Shown piece after piece: positions 25,056 through 38,992 of a DNA stretch of 64,000 nt. The stretch is from Octopus vulgaris (Eukaryota), in NCBI GenBank assembly GCA_951406725.2, contig OX597829.1, positions 3,162,001 to 3,226,000 of the forward strand. Direction: 5' to 3'. The notes beneath the pieces were generated by a model. That model worked only from the letters and a program-made list of their open reading frames with translations, was not told where the DNA came from and searched no databases. The position numbers were made by a program, and so were the translations under genes. The stretch's first letter is position 1. Each line of letters starts with the position of its first letter.

Positions 25056-26553
25056 TGCATACATGCTGGAATTGACCACATACAATACTTCTGCACTACA
25101 TCATACTATCACACTGCATTGCATACAACAATTAACCCTTGTATGGCAAACCAAAGAGAGAACTGTTGCATTATCCCTAAACCTGCTAAAAATAGCAGTG
25201 AAATCTTCTACTCATTCACTCAAAATCATCTTAAAGGAAGAAGGACCCACTGTATAATATAACACTAAATTTCCTTGATAATTTTGCATTGATTCCCTTC
25301 CTGGTCAGGGTTGACTTGTGGTGAACAAAAGCAAAGCCTTCTTTGAAGAATTTCTTTGAATTGGTCCAGAATCTTCACTGAAAGTTGTCAAAGATGGAGA
25401 TTTGAGGTGGGACAGGGTAGGTTGTATGCTGAGTCTCTAAATGTTGCAAACAGATACTTATGGTCAAAGATTTTGGTGGGTTGGAACTTCTCAAGAATCT
25501 CACAAACAGGAATTGGTTGTCAGAACATGTTCATCTATTTTGAGATCCATTAATAAGAATCTCTGTGAAACCATTTTCTTCATACACTTCAAGTAGACAG
25601 CAGACATGATCAAGTTTCTTGTCTTTCCATTGCAATATATTCTAATATCGTAAAAGCTGCCAAACTGTTGTTTTTTTTTTGTAATTTATACAAACACCAT
25701 TTTCTATATTTTTGTATATTTCTATTTTCATTCTTCAGAAAAGTGTTGTTGTTTTTGTTGTTGATTTTGTTGTTGGAAGTGGTGTTCTGTGATGTTATTG
25801 CTATTAGCGGTGGCAGTATTGTACTTAGTGATGATGATGCTGATGTTGTTGTTGTTGGAGGGGTGATGGTGGTGGCAGTTGTAGCGGTGAGTGTAGTCGC
25901 GGTGGCAGTGGCAGCAGTGGGAGTAGTAGCAGCAACAGCAGCAACAGCAGTGGAGGTGCAATGGCCCAGTGGTTAGAGCAGCAGACTCGCGGTCGGAGGA
26001 TCGCGATTTCGATTCCCAGACCAGGCGTTGTGTGTGTTTATTGAGCGAAAACACCTAAAGCTCAACGAGGCTCCAGCAGGAGGTGGTGGCGACCCCTGCT
26101 GTACTCTTTCGCCCCAACACAATCTAGAATTTACACAACTGAAGCCCAATTGCCTTTTTGAGAAGATCGCTCTCTACAAACTTTGCTTCCAAGCACTGGT
26201 GTAAACAATAGAAGTGGATGAGGATGTTACAACTTAATGTGCATGTGCAACAGAGTCCAAGGTCAATGTGTGCCCAGCAGCTTCACTTTGCGTGATTTAG
26301 CTTTGTTAATATAGCAACAGTCCAATTACTTCTTGATCAGACTTGCCCACCTGGAAAGTAAGAGAGAGAGAGAGATGTAAAGTCAAGGTGCAAGGTGACG
26401 ATGAGAGACAGAATAGAATGGAGGAATAGAGAAGTTGGATATGCTGGTAATTGTGCTGACTGAGAGTAGTGTGACAGATTATTAGAGATAGAGAATGAGC
26501 TGCACACAAAGAATGGTCTAATTACATCTAACGAGTACACAGCCATCATAAAT

Positions 26554-26808
26554 ATTGGGTTGGTGCATAATTATATTTCGGCTTTTTTTCAACAAATTTT
26601 ATTCAACAAAAACAATAACAACATGTAACAAAAACATCTTTAAATGATTATTCTGGAGCATATTCACCATCTACTTCATTTACTGCTTCCCATTTGCTTG
26701 GCAGACGGTCAGACCGTCATTTAAAGATGTTTTTGTTAAATATTGTTATTTTTTTTGTTGAATAAAATTTGTTTGGAAAAAGCTGTAATAATTATGCACC
26801 AACCCAAT
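26554..26808. mobile_element. Mariner-type MITE (Made/Hsmar1-like TIR)
   Basis: TATTGGGTTGGTGCATAATTAT ... ATAATTATGCACCAACCCAATA with TA flanks. Confidence 0.8.
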
Positions 26809-26890
26809 ATATGTGTATAAGTATGTATGTATTTATGTCTGTATGTATGTATATGTATGTATATGTATGTATATATATGTGTATATATAA

Positions 26891-26942
<52 letters not shown>

Positions 26943-27430
26943 TTAATCATTGACATTTTATTGTTATTTTAATTTTAATATTTCTATTATATGTAATTTT
27001 GTAGATGGTGTAATTTAATTATTCATTTTGAATTGATAAAAGGTGTTTTTTTCTAATATTTAATATATATATATAAATACACACACACATGTGTGTGTGT
27101 GTGCGTGTGTGTGTATGCATGCGTGAACGTATGTATGTATGTTGTTAGTGTTCACAAATGACATTATCTGAGTCGATATATTGACACTGAAACAATTACT
27201 TAATGCAGCCATTTAAAAATCACACAAAAACCATTATTTTCACTTTCATTTGTTCCTCCACATTTATTGTCTATTATGAGACAAAATTGTGTCAGTGGAC
27301 TGGTCAAAGAGGTTACACAGAACTTGGTGCATAAAAAGTAGACAATAGTATATAGACATAAATACAAGTGAATATAACAGATTTTCTTTGTTCTTAAACG
27401 ATTAAATGATTTTCCCATTATATAATCCTA

Positions 27431-27655
27431 GCTGGCAGAAATGTTAGCACACTGGGCGAAATGCTTAGCGGTATTTCGTCTGTCGTTAAGCTCTGAGTTC
27501 AAAATCCGCCGAGGTCGACTTTGCCTTTCATCTTCTCAGGGTCGATAAATAAAGTACCAGTTTCGCACTGGGGTCGATGTAATCGACTTAATCCGTTTGT
27601 CTGTCCTTGTTTGTCTCCTCTGTGTTTAGCCCCTTGTGGGCAATAAAGAAATATA
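27431..27655 (+). mobile_element. Family A SINE
   Basis: TSD TATAATCCTA (27421-27430 and 27656-27665). Confidence 0.85.
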
Positions 27656-28430
27656 TATAATCCTAACATATAAATCCTAACTTAACTCCAAGTTATGTTA
27701 AACAAGCTACATCTTAGGGTCTTGAAACCAACTGGAGCCACCTTAGAATAGCTCAAAGATCTATACGTTGGCAGATTTTTGAGATTTTCATGTTTTATAT
27801 AGCTTGCCATATTTAAAACCAGCACCAAGCTTAGCACCTGTGTAATGTGTGTGCCTTGGGCAAGTTTCTTCTACTATAGCCACAAGCTGACCAAGCCTTG
27901 TGAGTGGATTTGGTTGACAAAAACTCAAAGAAGTCAGTCACATATTTATATATGTTTACGTGTATATGTCTTTACATCTATATTTATCTTTATCCCTCAC
28001 CATCACCATGGTGATCTCACAAGCATTGTTCATTTTTTAATTTTTTTATATTGTCTACATCCCCATAACTTAATGGTTTGGTACAAGAGACCAATTGAAT
28101 AATGAACCAGACTTAAAAAGGAAAATAAGTTTAGGGGTTAATTTGTTTGACTAAATCCACTGACGGTGATACCACAGCATGGCAGCAGTCCTGTGATTGA
28201 AGCGAGTAAATGATAAAAGAAATAATTGCATATATGTGTACATGCATATGACCTCGTGAGCACCGCCAGCAATTTTTTTTCCTCTGTCTTCCCTTCTCCT
28301 TTGTTTCCAACGAAGAGCTCCGCTGGAAATGTTAAACCCTCCTTCTTCTCTTCTTTCCTGAGCGTCCAATAATACTTTATTTGTTCCACGTCCTCGAGTT
28401 GCTGTGTTTTTTGTGTTTTCTTGTTTGGAT

Positions 28431-28465
<35 letters not shown>

Positions 28466-28615
28466 TAGAAAAAAAACACCTTTTATAAATTCAAAATTTA
28501 CAATTAAATTACACCATATAGAAAATTACATATAATAGAAATATCAAAATTAAAATAACAATAATATACCGAAGATTAAGTAAATTGCAAAAAAATAATA
28601 AAAACATATATATTT

Positions 28616-28654
<39 letters not shown>

Positions 28655-29181
28655 GTATATATAGTTCAATTTATATGTATATGTATATATAGTTCAAATT
28701 TACAGGAAACAAAAGCCAAAGACAAGTAAAGGAACAACAAGCAGGGACAGCACTCGGGAAGAATGGGAAACTGGATGGAGTTTCCAAACTACACTCTTTG
28801 ATGCTAGCATGGAAAGCAGGCGTTAAACGATGATGATGAGGAGGAGGAGGATGATGATATATATAGGGGGAGGGAGAGAGACAGGCAGGCAGACAGAGTT
28901 ATGTAAGAATCCATTAGTCAGGAGAAATAGGCACTTGTAGTTGTGAGTAGAGAGGAGGGTATATTAATTATTTACCAATTACAGTGCTACAGACTCATTC
29001 CAGCCAATTTTACCAATCAGTTCCATCGACTAGATTAGTTCTCCTAAAAGTTTTGTGTACGAAACAGATTGGCAAAATCATTTGAAATGGGTTTCTAACA
29101 CCGCAATATATAAATAATTAAAATGTGTGTGCTTTCCATTTGTTCATGCTTATGCATATTATATATGTTATGTGCTTTTTA

Positions 29182-29238
<57 letters not shown>

Positions 29239-29299
29239 TAAAAATGGTAAGATAACAAAAGAAAGAAAGAGACCTCGATATTATGTAAATAGAGGAATT

Positions 29300-29498
29300 T
29301 ATCTGTAAAAATAATATGTGACAATTATTCGGTAGCCAAGATAGAACTCTGAGTTTTGGATGCCAAGGTGGAAATCCACAATACCATCTCTTCGGTTATT
29401 TGGTGAAGAGATGGTGGTGTGGATTTCACCCTTGGTATGCGAAACTCAGAGTTTTATCTTGGCTACCAAATAATTGTCACATGTTATTTTTACAGATA
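29300..29498. repeat. ~200-bp palindrome: inverted pair of Penelope-type elements with decayed hammerheads
   Basis: Arms TATCTGTAAAAATAA..CCATCTCTTC / GAAGAGATGG..TTTTTACAGATA. The right arm reads (G)UGAAGA-GAUG..GAA-ACUCAGAGU-U-UUAU. Confidence 0.8.
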
Positions 29499-29509
29499 TA
29501 TATATATAT

Positions 29510-30613
29510 TGATATGGGGGTCAATTCGGGGACAGTGCTTGCGACCTACTTTTTGTGAGCTGGCATCAAGCAGGCGAGTAAATCCTCTGTTCTGCCATTT
29601 TCTGGAAAGAGTAACGACTTTTGAAGAGACCTTCGATCCTGTGCCAGTCAAAGAAGGGTCGAGGAAGCACCCCTTTAAAAAGCGGGAGCTGTGAGTTTGT
29701 TGGACAGTTCGGCCGGAGTCAGTGAATTGGTAACAGGGCAGTTTAGGAGTTCTGCCTGAGACAGCAAAAGGGGCCGGAGGAGGTGGTCAGTTGGCAAGAG
29801 ACAGACAGGGAATGTGAGGGATGACAAGCGAGAGAATGACAGCGTAGAGGAAGACAGGCAGATAGGATTAAGGAGCTGAGAAGGAGCTGGGAGAGATTAC
29901 GGCGAGGGTCAGCGACAACGTTGAGAGAGACATACACAGAAGATTGAGGAGGTGAGGGAGATTACGGCGTGAAGGCATTGGCTATTTGTAGTAGGAGCTT
30001 GTAACGGTATGTTTGTTTATGTTTTGATGTGTTAAAGAAGGAAAAAGAATTGATGTGAAAAAAAAAAAGAAAGAACATTGTGTTAAGGAAGAAAAGAAAT
30101 GAGATTATAAAGAACATTGTGAATTGTGTTACAGAGTTGTTGTGTCGAAAAGAAAAAAGAAAGAGAAAGACTTTAATGTAGAACATTGAACTCTGAACTA
30201 TATTGCATCAATTTGAACTGTTTTGATTGCTTCGGACGTTCTGTATTGTGCATGCCTTTGATTGTTTTCGAACGACGTGTTATGTTTAAATGCTTTGATT
30301 TTGTTTAACTACTTGTTAATTTTGTTGCATGTTATTCTCTTTGATGTACCTGATGTATTTTACATTGTATTTGATGTCGTAATTGTTATAAACTGTTGTT
30401 AAACGTAAGCCAAATTGCCTTCCGCCGTGTCTCTCTGCGACTCTTCCTGCTGCTGTTGTTGTTGTTCTCTCCGGTCGCCACGCCCCCCCCCCCCCACCGA
30501 ATTCTCTCGTTCCGTGGCGAATTCGCCGATCGATCGAGCCGGTCAATCGTCGTCGCTCGACTTGGTAGGGTCCCGGGTTTCCGAAGAGTTTGAGCGACGG
30601 CAGGTTCGTAACA
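29510..30613 (-). mobile_element. Solo LTR (Gypsy-like)
   Basis: TGTTACG...CATATCA termini (TG..CA), ATAT on both sides within (TA)n, CpG-rich, no internal ORF. Confidence 0.65.
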
Positions 30614-30626
30614 ATATATATATATA

Positions 30627-31314
30627 TGGCTGTGTGGTAAGAAGTTTCCCAACTGCATGGTTCCAGGTTCAGTCCCACTGCATGTCTTGGGCACATGTCT
30701 TCTACTATAGCCTCAGGCCAACCAAGGCTTTGTGAGTGGATTTGGTAGACAGAAACTGAAAGAAGCCCATCATGTATATATATTTATGTATGTGTATATG
30801 TATATGTTTGTGTGTCTGTGTTTGACCCCCTATCATCACGCAACAACCGATGCTGGTGTGTTTATGTTCCCATAACTTAGCGGTTTGGCAAAAAGAGACC
30901 AATAGAATGAGTACTAGGCTTACAAAGAATAAGTTATGGGGTCGATTTGTTTGACGAGAGGTGGTGCTCCAGCATGACCACAGTCAAATGACTGAAAAAA
31001 GTAAAAGAATAAAAGAATATATATGAAGCATTCGGTTTTCCAAGTTCAAATAGATAATACAAATTTTGTACAGCCAGATACCTATTTCTTTACTACCCGC
31101 AAGGAGCTAAACACAGAGAGGACAAACAAGGACAGACAAACGGATTAAGCCGATTATATCGACCCCAGTGCATAACTAGTACTTATTTAATCGACCCCGA
31201 AAGGATGAAAGGCAAAGTCGGCCTCGGTGGAATTTGAACTCAGAACGTAGCGGCAGACGAAATACCGCTAAGCATTTCGCCCGGCGTGCTAACGTTTCTG
31301 CCAGCTCGCCACCT
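30627..31314. mobile_element. Family B SINE (30627-31017, +) and family A SINE (31081-31314, -)
   Basis: Diagnostic motifs; the family A copy has TSD TGTACAGCC(A/T)GATACC. Confidence 0.85.
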
Positions 31315-31471
31315 TGTACAGCCTGATACCATTCCCATCACCAACTCTCACCTGTTTCCGAGAAAGGTAATATTTCACCTTGCCCAGACATGGAAGACTG
31401 GAATCAAAGGACACCTCTTGCACTTAAAACTACTGCCCTGATATCAAGTAAACAGCAAAACAAACAAACAC

Positions 31472-31502
<31 letters not shown>

Positions 31503-31514
31503 TGTTCATATAAA

Positions 31515-31558
<44 letters not shown>

Positions 31559-31661
31559 TGTATATACTTATATGTATGTAGGTAGGTAGGTACATATATA
31601 TATACGATAAAATATATATAGTGGAAAAGAAAAATAGTATATATAAATATATATATAAATT

Positions 31662-31775
<114 letters not shown>

Positions 31776-31996
31776 AACACACACACTCACATAATGTGTG
31801 TGTAGAAAGGGTCATTATGCCAATACAATTAACACAAGTACTGGTTTTGTACCACTCCTTCGCCATTAGTCAATTGCTTAAATACCCAACTAATTAAACA
31901 TCTGCTTGTCTAATTTGGTCAAACAGGAAGTCATTTGTTTTGTTTTTGTTCGTCAAAGCTCTTTCATTTGCAAACTAGATACATACATATATATAC

Positions 31997-32046
<50 letters not shown>

Positions 32047-32495
32047 GTGTGTGTGTGTGTATGTATATATAGGGAGAATTCACAATAAAAAATGACGAAG
32101 ACAGGTGGTGTAGACAACAAACAGATGTATTAGTATAACGTTAGGGAAGTGAAAAAGTCATTAAAGTTTCGAGCCTACGCTCTTCCACAGAAAGAAACAA
32201 GAAGAGGAAATAAAGAATGTGTTGTGGCTAGCGATTTATCATGGTGAATGCAGGACAGAAAAAGCATGGGAAATCATGCCCCCATAATCCCGGACCACGT
32301 GGGGAGAATAAAAAATCAAATAGGAACGGAAAAAAACGAAATGGACTTGGACAGGAAATGGACAATGAGAAAGGAGCGGTAAAGGAATGGTAGATGAGAA
32401 GTTCAGCTGCTGCGGAAAGGTGTATGCTAGTTACATCGGGCTGAGAATCCACCAAGGGAAGGTGTGCCAGAAGAAAGTAATTCAACAATTGTGGG

Positions 32496-33650
32496 TTGAT
32501 CAACCATAAGACGTGTGGCCAGAACCTCCTGGAAAATAACCATAGCGATGTTCATTCCGCAGTTGAATTGGAACAGTCAAAAAGAGTGATAGGCGTGAAG
32601 AGGACAAAGATTAAGTGGCCGGAAACAAATGGCGCAGCGAGTTATAAAAAATTCGACAACGAGGTAGCAAGAATGACCACCAAATTCAAAGGCGTCGACG
32701 AACAAAAGCTCGAAAACCTGGCTAATACAATCTACCAGGAAGGAGAGAAAAGATTTGGACTGGAAACAACAGGGAAGGTAGAATCAACGGCAAAGAGTGG
32801 ACCATCGAGGAGACGAGAAAGACGGATCGCAAAGATTCGAGAAGAGAACCAGATGGAGGGATGCAAAGGAGGAGGAAAGAGAAAGGCTAAAGCAGCTATA
32901 TGAAGAGATTAAAAAGAGGCACCGAGATCTACTAAGAAAACAAAGAAGGAAGAGCAGAAGAAAGGAGAGAGAAAAGAACTATCGTAGCTTTGTGAACAAT
33001 CTCTATCAATGAGCGAAACATTTATTTACTGAAAGTAAAAGCGGAAAATTGGATTGCACGAAAGAAGAGCTCGAACAACATCTGAAAGAGACAAACAGCG
33101 ACTCTGACAGAAATAAAGTACTCCCAGAAATGCACGGACTGAAGAAACCACCTGAACCAAGAATACCATTTGATTTGAACGACATCAAACGGAAAGAAAT
33201 GGATGAATTCATAAGAAAAACAAGAACAAAAAGTTCGCCAGAGAACGATGGAGTGAGCTACAAGGTGTATAAATATTGTCTGAAATTACGCTTGCGGCTG
33301 TTTACACTGATAAGAGAAATGTGGAAGAAGAAAGATGTAGCAGAGCGATGGTGTATAGCCGAAGGTATCTATCTACCTAAAGAGAAAGATGCAAAAAGAC
33401 TAGGCCAATTTAGACCGATTTCACTACTAAATACAGACGGGAAAATCATGTTCGGAATGATTGCTAGACGAATTATAAGATTCGTACAGCATAACGGGTA
33501 CGTTAATGAAGCAATCCAAAAAGCAGGAATCCCTGGAATCCCTGGGTGCATAGAACACGCATTTTCCATCTGGGAAGCAATCACCTGTGCAAAACAACTA
33601 AAGAAAAACCTGTACATTGTTTGGCTAGATCTTGCCAATGCTTATGGATA
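32496..33650 (+). pseudogene. Truncated R2-superfamily (Hero-like) non-LTR retrotransposon reverse transcriptase
   Basis: FRPISLLNTDGKI, QKAGIPGIPGCIEH and WLDLANAYG motifs. Frameshifts and a stop upstream; truncated before YxDD. Confidence 0.85.
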
Positions 33651-34225
33651 TCTGTTCCGCACGCACTGTGTGGAACCGGTCAAGATTAGGATAGACAAGT
33701 GTTTGTTGATTTTTCTGGTTAATACCCTTCAAATTTTGGTTACAAAAATAGCAGCTGTCCAAATGATTATAGGGTTCCCACCATACCATTGGTATAGCAA
33801 ACCTCATACTTTTCCTTGTCCCTTTAGTCCATTGTCGCAAATGTTCTGCACATTGTTTGCAAACACTATGCAAGGCCCAATATTTATCTTCGTCCCTCAG
33901 CTTGATATCTATGCTCTTTCAGCAAAATCAGTGATGTTTTTTCGATTTTCAGGTATTTTGAAAAAGTTTCATTTACGAAAAAACTTTTTGTAGAATTAAC
34001 AAAACACTTTCTTGAAGAGGACTTCATGTTCATTTTCTATTGCTTAGTTCACCACATCTAAAAAGTATGGGAAAAGTAAAAAAACTTAGAATTGGAATAA
34101 AGTAACGAACACGGCTCAGTGGATGTACGCACACACATACATAGTGACTATAACTTAAAAACTAGATCTGATAGGTCAAAAAGAAGGCTATATTTTGATT
34201 CAGGAGACCGATTTTGTATTGTATA
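33650..34225 (-). mobile_element. Chapaev3-like (CMC) DNA transposon 5' fragment
   Basis: DEDKYWALHSVCKQCAEHLRQW..MRFAIPMVWWEPYNHLDSCYFC N-terminal Cys/His motif. Family assignment is from memory of the motif. Confidence 0.6.
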
Positions 34226-34292
34226 GGAATGATGTTCTCCAGTGTTATCTATCCACACACACTTCTCTCCAATAATATCTCAATTCTCCCTG

Positions 34293-34386
<94 letters not shown>

Positions 34387-34389
<3 letters not shown>

Positions 34390-34690
34390 CAAAAATGGGA
34401 CAAGAATGGATAACATCCAGACAATTAGGTGAAACAAAAGAAAAAGGAAAAACGAAGTATCCAGACAGACGAGTCTATCCTCAATCGAGTTCCAGATTAT
34501 CTTTGAACTTTTGGCTGGTTATACTCGAGCCGAAATTGCAAAGATAATCAGGAACTCGACTGAGGAGAGAAAACTCCGAATGATCCGTACTTGTTTTCCT
34601 AGTATCGTCTGTCTGGATATTTTGTTTTTCCTTTTTTTTTTGTTTCACCTAATTGTCTGGATGTCTTCCGTTCTTGTCCCATTTTTGTAT
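34387..34690. repeat. ~300-bp inverted pair of AAAATGGGACAAGAA elements (related copies 39465-39760 and 50443-50580)
   Basis: The arms are reverse complements. A CUGAGGA-GAG(AAAA)CUC-C-GAAU hammerhead-like remnant lies at ~34560-34590. Confidence 0.8.
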
Positions 34691-34729
34691 TTTTTATATA
34701 TAAAATATAGCGGCACACGTAAACTTTGG

Positions 34730-34765
<36 letters not shown>

Positions 34766-34891
34766 TCTTCCTCCCCTCTCTCTCTCTATATATATATATA
34801 TACACACACACATATATGTATATATATATATGTATATGCTTATATATATATATATATACTTTATTTTAAGCAGCAGAAAATTCAACAAAAT

Positions 34892-34929
34892 CTGTTACTC
34901 TGAGTTTCTCGTTGCCGTTCATCAGACAG
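34892..34929 (-). ncRNA. Minimal type I hammerhead ribozyme, canonical core
   Basis: CUGU-CUGAUGA-ACG(GCAA)CGA-GAA-ACUCAGAGU-A-ACAG. All core residues present, GUA site, GNRA loop II; closing pair of stem II is A.A. Confidence 0.75.
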
Positions 34930-35012
34930 TTTTTGCTAGAATGGAACTTATATATCAATTCAATCTATACTCTTACAAACGCTACACCTTTAAAAAGAAA
35001 TGGACTTGTTTG

Positions 35013-35091
<79 letters not shown>

Positions 35092-36185
35092 GTATGTAAT
35101 ATAATGCATCTGTGTGTGTGTGCATGTGTGTGTGTGTGTGTGTGTGAGTATTTGTGTGGGGGGGGGGTACGCGCTTGCGTGTATCAGACCATGCCTTCCC
35201 ATACAGATAGGCCTCTTGATCAAGAGAGATTTGTGCAATGTTTTGCAAAAAACTTCGTTGAGGATTTTTTTTACTTTTTAAATTATTTACATGCCTGTTC
35301 AACGGTTTCACATGACTTTATTCATTAAAAATTATTAAAACTTTGGTTGTCATATTGCTTTGCTTTCGTTTGTTTAATAAAAATTCTTCCTTGTAATGAT
35401 TTTGCTTTCATTTTGTGATAGACAGCTATCATGCAGAAAATATCAGCTTCCAAATCCTGTTTTCTGATTAGGTAAAATTGATTCAACATTAAACCTCAGT
35501 AACATTTTTCTGCAATTTTTCTGGAACAAATAAATAACAAAATCAGATTTAACATGGAAAATTATTTCAATATACCAAATTTGAAAATGTTGACAAAATG
35601 TTTAAATTTCACAATATGTGACTGCAACCGGGAAGACCTTACAAAAGAGAGACAGACAGTTATAGGCCGTTATACACACACACATTTACAAACACACACA
35701 CCCATTTACAAACGCACACACAAGTAATCACGAGTTTAAAATGGTGTATAGTAGACACATGCATGTATATGTGTGTGAGTGTGTGTGTGTGTGTATGCAT
35801 GTATCTATGTATTTATGAAAGTATGTATGCAGCATTGCATGTATATACATAAATGACAGCTGTATTAACGTTACCATCCCACTGTCCCTCCATATTGTGG
35901 CTTAAGCAATGCTGTTCTCCCCTTCCCTGATATCAGCCCCTCTCACTCTGCTGCCACATTTCCCTCACGCCAACACTCTTTGTACCCTTTTTATTTTATC
36001 AAATAATTGCCCAACCCCACTAGGAGGCCGATTATAGATTTTTATTGAAATCCAATTAGCTTATAATTGAAGTGGGTGTTAGTTTAACATGCAAAGCTTC
36101 ATCAAGATTGGTTTACTAGTATAGGCAGCAAGATGGTAACAGACAGATCGACAGACAGAAATTTCCATTTATCTATAAGATGTAT

Positions 36186-36590
36186 AAGGCGCAGGAGTGG
36201 CTGTGTGGTAAGTATCTTGCTAACCAACCACATGGTTCCGGGTTCAGTCCCACTGCGTGGCATCTTGGGCGAGTGTCTTCTGCTATAGCCCCAGGCCGAC
36301 CAATGCCTTGTGAATGGATTTGGTAGACGGAAACTGAAAGAAGCCTGACGTATATATGTATATATATATATATATGTATGTGTGTGTTTGTGTTTGTCCC
36401 CCTAGCATTGCTTGACAACCGATGCTGGTGTGTTTACGTCCCCGTCACTTAGCGGTTCGGCAAAAGAGACCGATAGAATAAGTACTGGGCTTACAAAGAA
36501 TAAGTCCCAGGGTCGATTTGCTCGACTAAAGGCGGTGCTCCAGCATGGCCGCAGTCAAATGACTGAAACAAGTAAAAGAGTAAAAGAGTA
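36186..36590 (+). mobile_element. Full-length family B SINE (near-identical inverted copy at 56523-56938)
   Basis: Complete head, core, internal microsatellite and GTAAAAGA tail; CpGs retained. Confidence 0.9.
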
Positions 36591-36611
36591 TATATACATA
36601 GACACACACAT

Positions 36612-36654
<43 letters not shown>

Positions 36655-38454
36655 GTGTGTGTAGAGTGGAAAAAAAGGTTCTTTCAGATAATGAAGACTT
36701 GACTGTATTTGGGTTTGATCTCTTTTATTAGATTTTTCTTTCCATGTTCCCCTTATTAACCTTCCTTTAAGTACACTCTAGAACATAACTATTCCTACAT
36801 CCATTAGTCCATTAGCATTTCAAAGGTAAATCAGCTTCGACTTCAAAGCATTTGATATTTTAGGTCCTTTACGCTGGGTATCATGGGAATGGTGATGTTT
36901 CTTTTTTCTTCTATTTCTTTTTTCCAGTGCCAGATTTAAAAATTAATTCAGCAGATGCTGCTGTTAGTTTTCATATTAATCTCAAATATATTGATTTTCA
37001 AATAAATTTTTCCTCTGTTAGCAAAGTTCACATAGATACTCTGTTCATCTTTTTGAGGCATTATGGTGTTGTAAACTATCGTTTATCTACATATCTTTGT
37101 TGCATATCATCGTCATTGTCATCGTCGTCATCATCATCATCATCATCATCATCTTTTAGCGTCTATCTTCCATGCTGACATGAGTCATAATGGTTTGATA
37201 AGAGCTGGAAAGCCAGAGGACAGCATCAAGCTCTACTGTCAGCTTTGGTTTGGTTTCTATGGCTGGATGCCCTTCTTAATGCCAACCACTTTACAGAGTG
37301 TACTGGGTTCTTTTTATACGGCATCAGCATCGGTTGCTAGGAGGTTAAACTTTTATAAAGGGACACAAACAGATATCTTGTAGAAAAGTTACATAGTTAC
37401 CCCATCTGAAGAGAGAGAGAGAGAGAGAGAGCAAGAAAACAAGAAAAAGAGAGCAAAAGAGAGAGATTATGGTGATGTTCCAGGGTGTACCCTCAACATA
37501 CAAAGAGGTGAATATAAGTGGAGTGGTAGCAGATTGGACAGGGTGCATGAGTAGGGAATTCATGAAAGTGCAAAGGGGAAGAGGAGATGGAAAGGGGAAT
37601 AGTATGAGTGGTGAAACAAGTTTATTGAGAGTGGCAGGAGAGCAATAATGATGTTGGCAAGGGAAGGACAAGAGAGAATGATGGTAGAACAGCGTTGGGC
37701 TGCAGGAGTGGGGAGAAGGAAGAGGAGAGATAAGCATAGCGTATGAAGGAGAGATGTAGATAGGTTCATTGGAGTGGGATGCGTGAATTAACGTTATGTA
37801 TAGGTGGAATGCATAGCACTTCCAGCACTCAGTTTTACTTCTGGTGGCCATGTCTTCTCATATCACCAGACATCTCAATCCGTTATCATTTCCTTTGTGA
37901 GGCTCCACATCTTTAGATTGGCCCTCACTACTTCTTCCCATGTCTTTTTTAGTTTTATTCTTCCACAGGTGCCACACACTTTAAGCACTTGGAATTTCTT
38001 TATACTGCTGTCTTCATTCATACACATCATAAGTCCAGACCATCACAGCCTTCTCTCTTCTAAGCTACATCTTAGTCTTCTTATGCTCAACTTTTCATTC
38101 AGCACTTATGTTTTTTAAGCCCAGTACATATTCTATTGATCTCTTTTGGCAAACTGGGATGTAAACACACCAACACCAGTTGTCAAGTGGTGGTTGGGAA
38201 CAAAGACAAGTACAAAGACACATACACACACACACGTGTGTGTGTGTGTGTGTGTATGTGTCTTTGTATGTATATACAACAGGTTTCTTTCAGCTTCTGT
38301 CTACCAAACCCACAAGCAAGGCCTTGGTTGGTTCAACACTAAAGTAGAAGACTACATGCCACACAGTGGGACTGAACCTGGGACCATGAGACTGGAAAGT
38401 AAACTTCTTACTACACAGCCAAATATATATTATATACGTATATATTTATGTGTG

Positions 38455-38512
<58 letters not shown>

Positions 38513-38992
38513 GGGAATAAATCCAAATATACAGGGAAAAATCAGATTTAGGATTAAATCCAATTTTATAGTAAAATATTATATAATATTAATTCGAGAC
38601 AAAACCACTATTTTGCAAAACAAACAAGGAAAGACTTAATCAATACATAAAAATTTTAATATAAAGTAAATAAACCGCCACTACAATTGTTTCATGTCTT
38701 ATATTAAATTAGAGATAAAACCACTATTAGACAAATCAAACAGTGAAAATCATAAGCCAGTACATAGAAATAAAATTAATTAAAAAAATATAAAAGTTAA
38801 AATTTTAAAATTATTTAAATAATTTAAACTTATAAATTTTAAATATATATAAATATATATATATGTATGTATATTTTTATTTTATTTTATTTATTTTTTT
38901 TATTTTTATTTTATTTATTTTTTTTATTTTTTTTAATATTATATAAATATCAAAAAGTATTAAAAGTTTAATAAAAGATAAAGAGTAAAAAC

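Noticed and set aside
25356-25650. Possible degenerate GIY-YIG fragment (TRNLI..) on the minus strand
   Set aside because: Too many stops and frameshifts to support by eye.
36927-37100. Possible exon after a strong polypyrimidine/CAG acceptor
   Set aside because: No recognisable protein motif or good donor; an adjacent DFKAFD-like string suggests decayed LINE RT.
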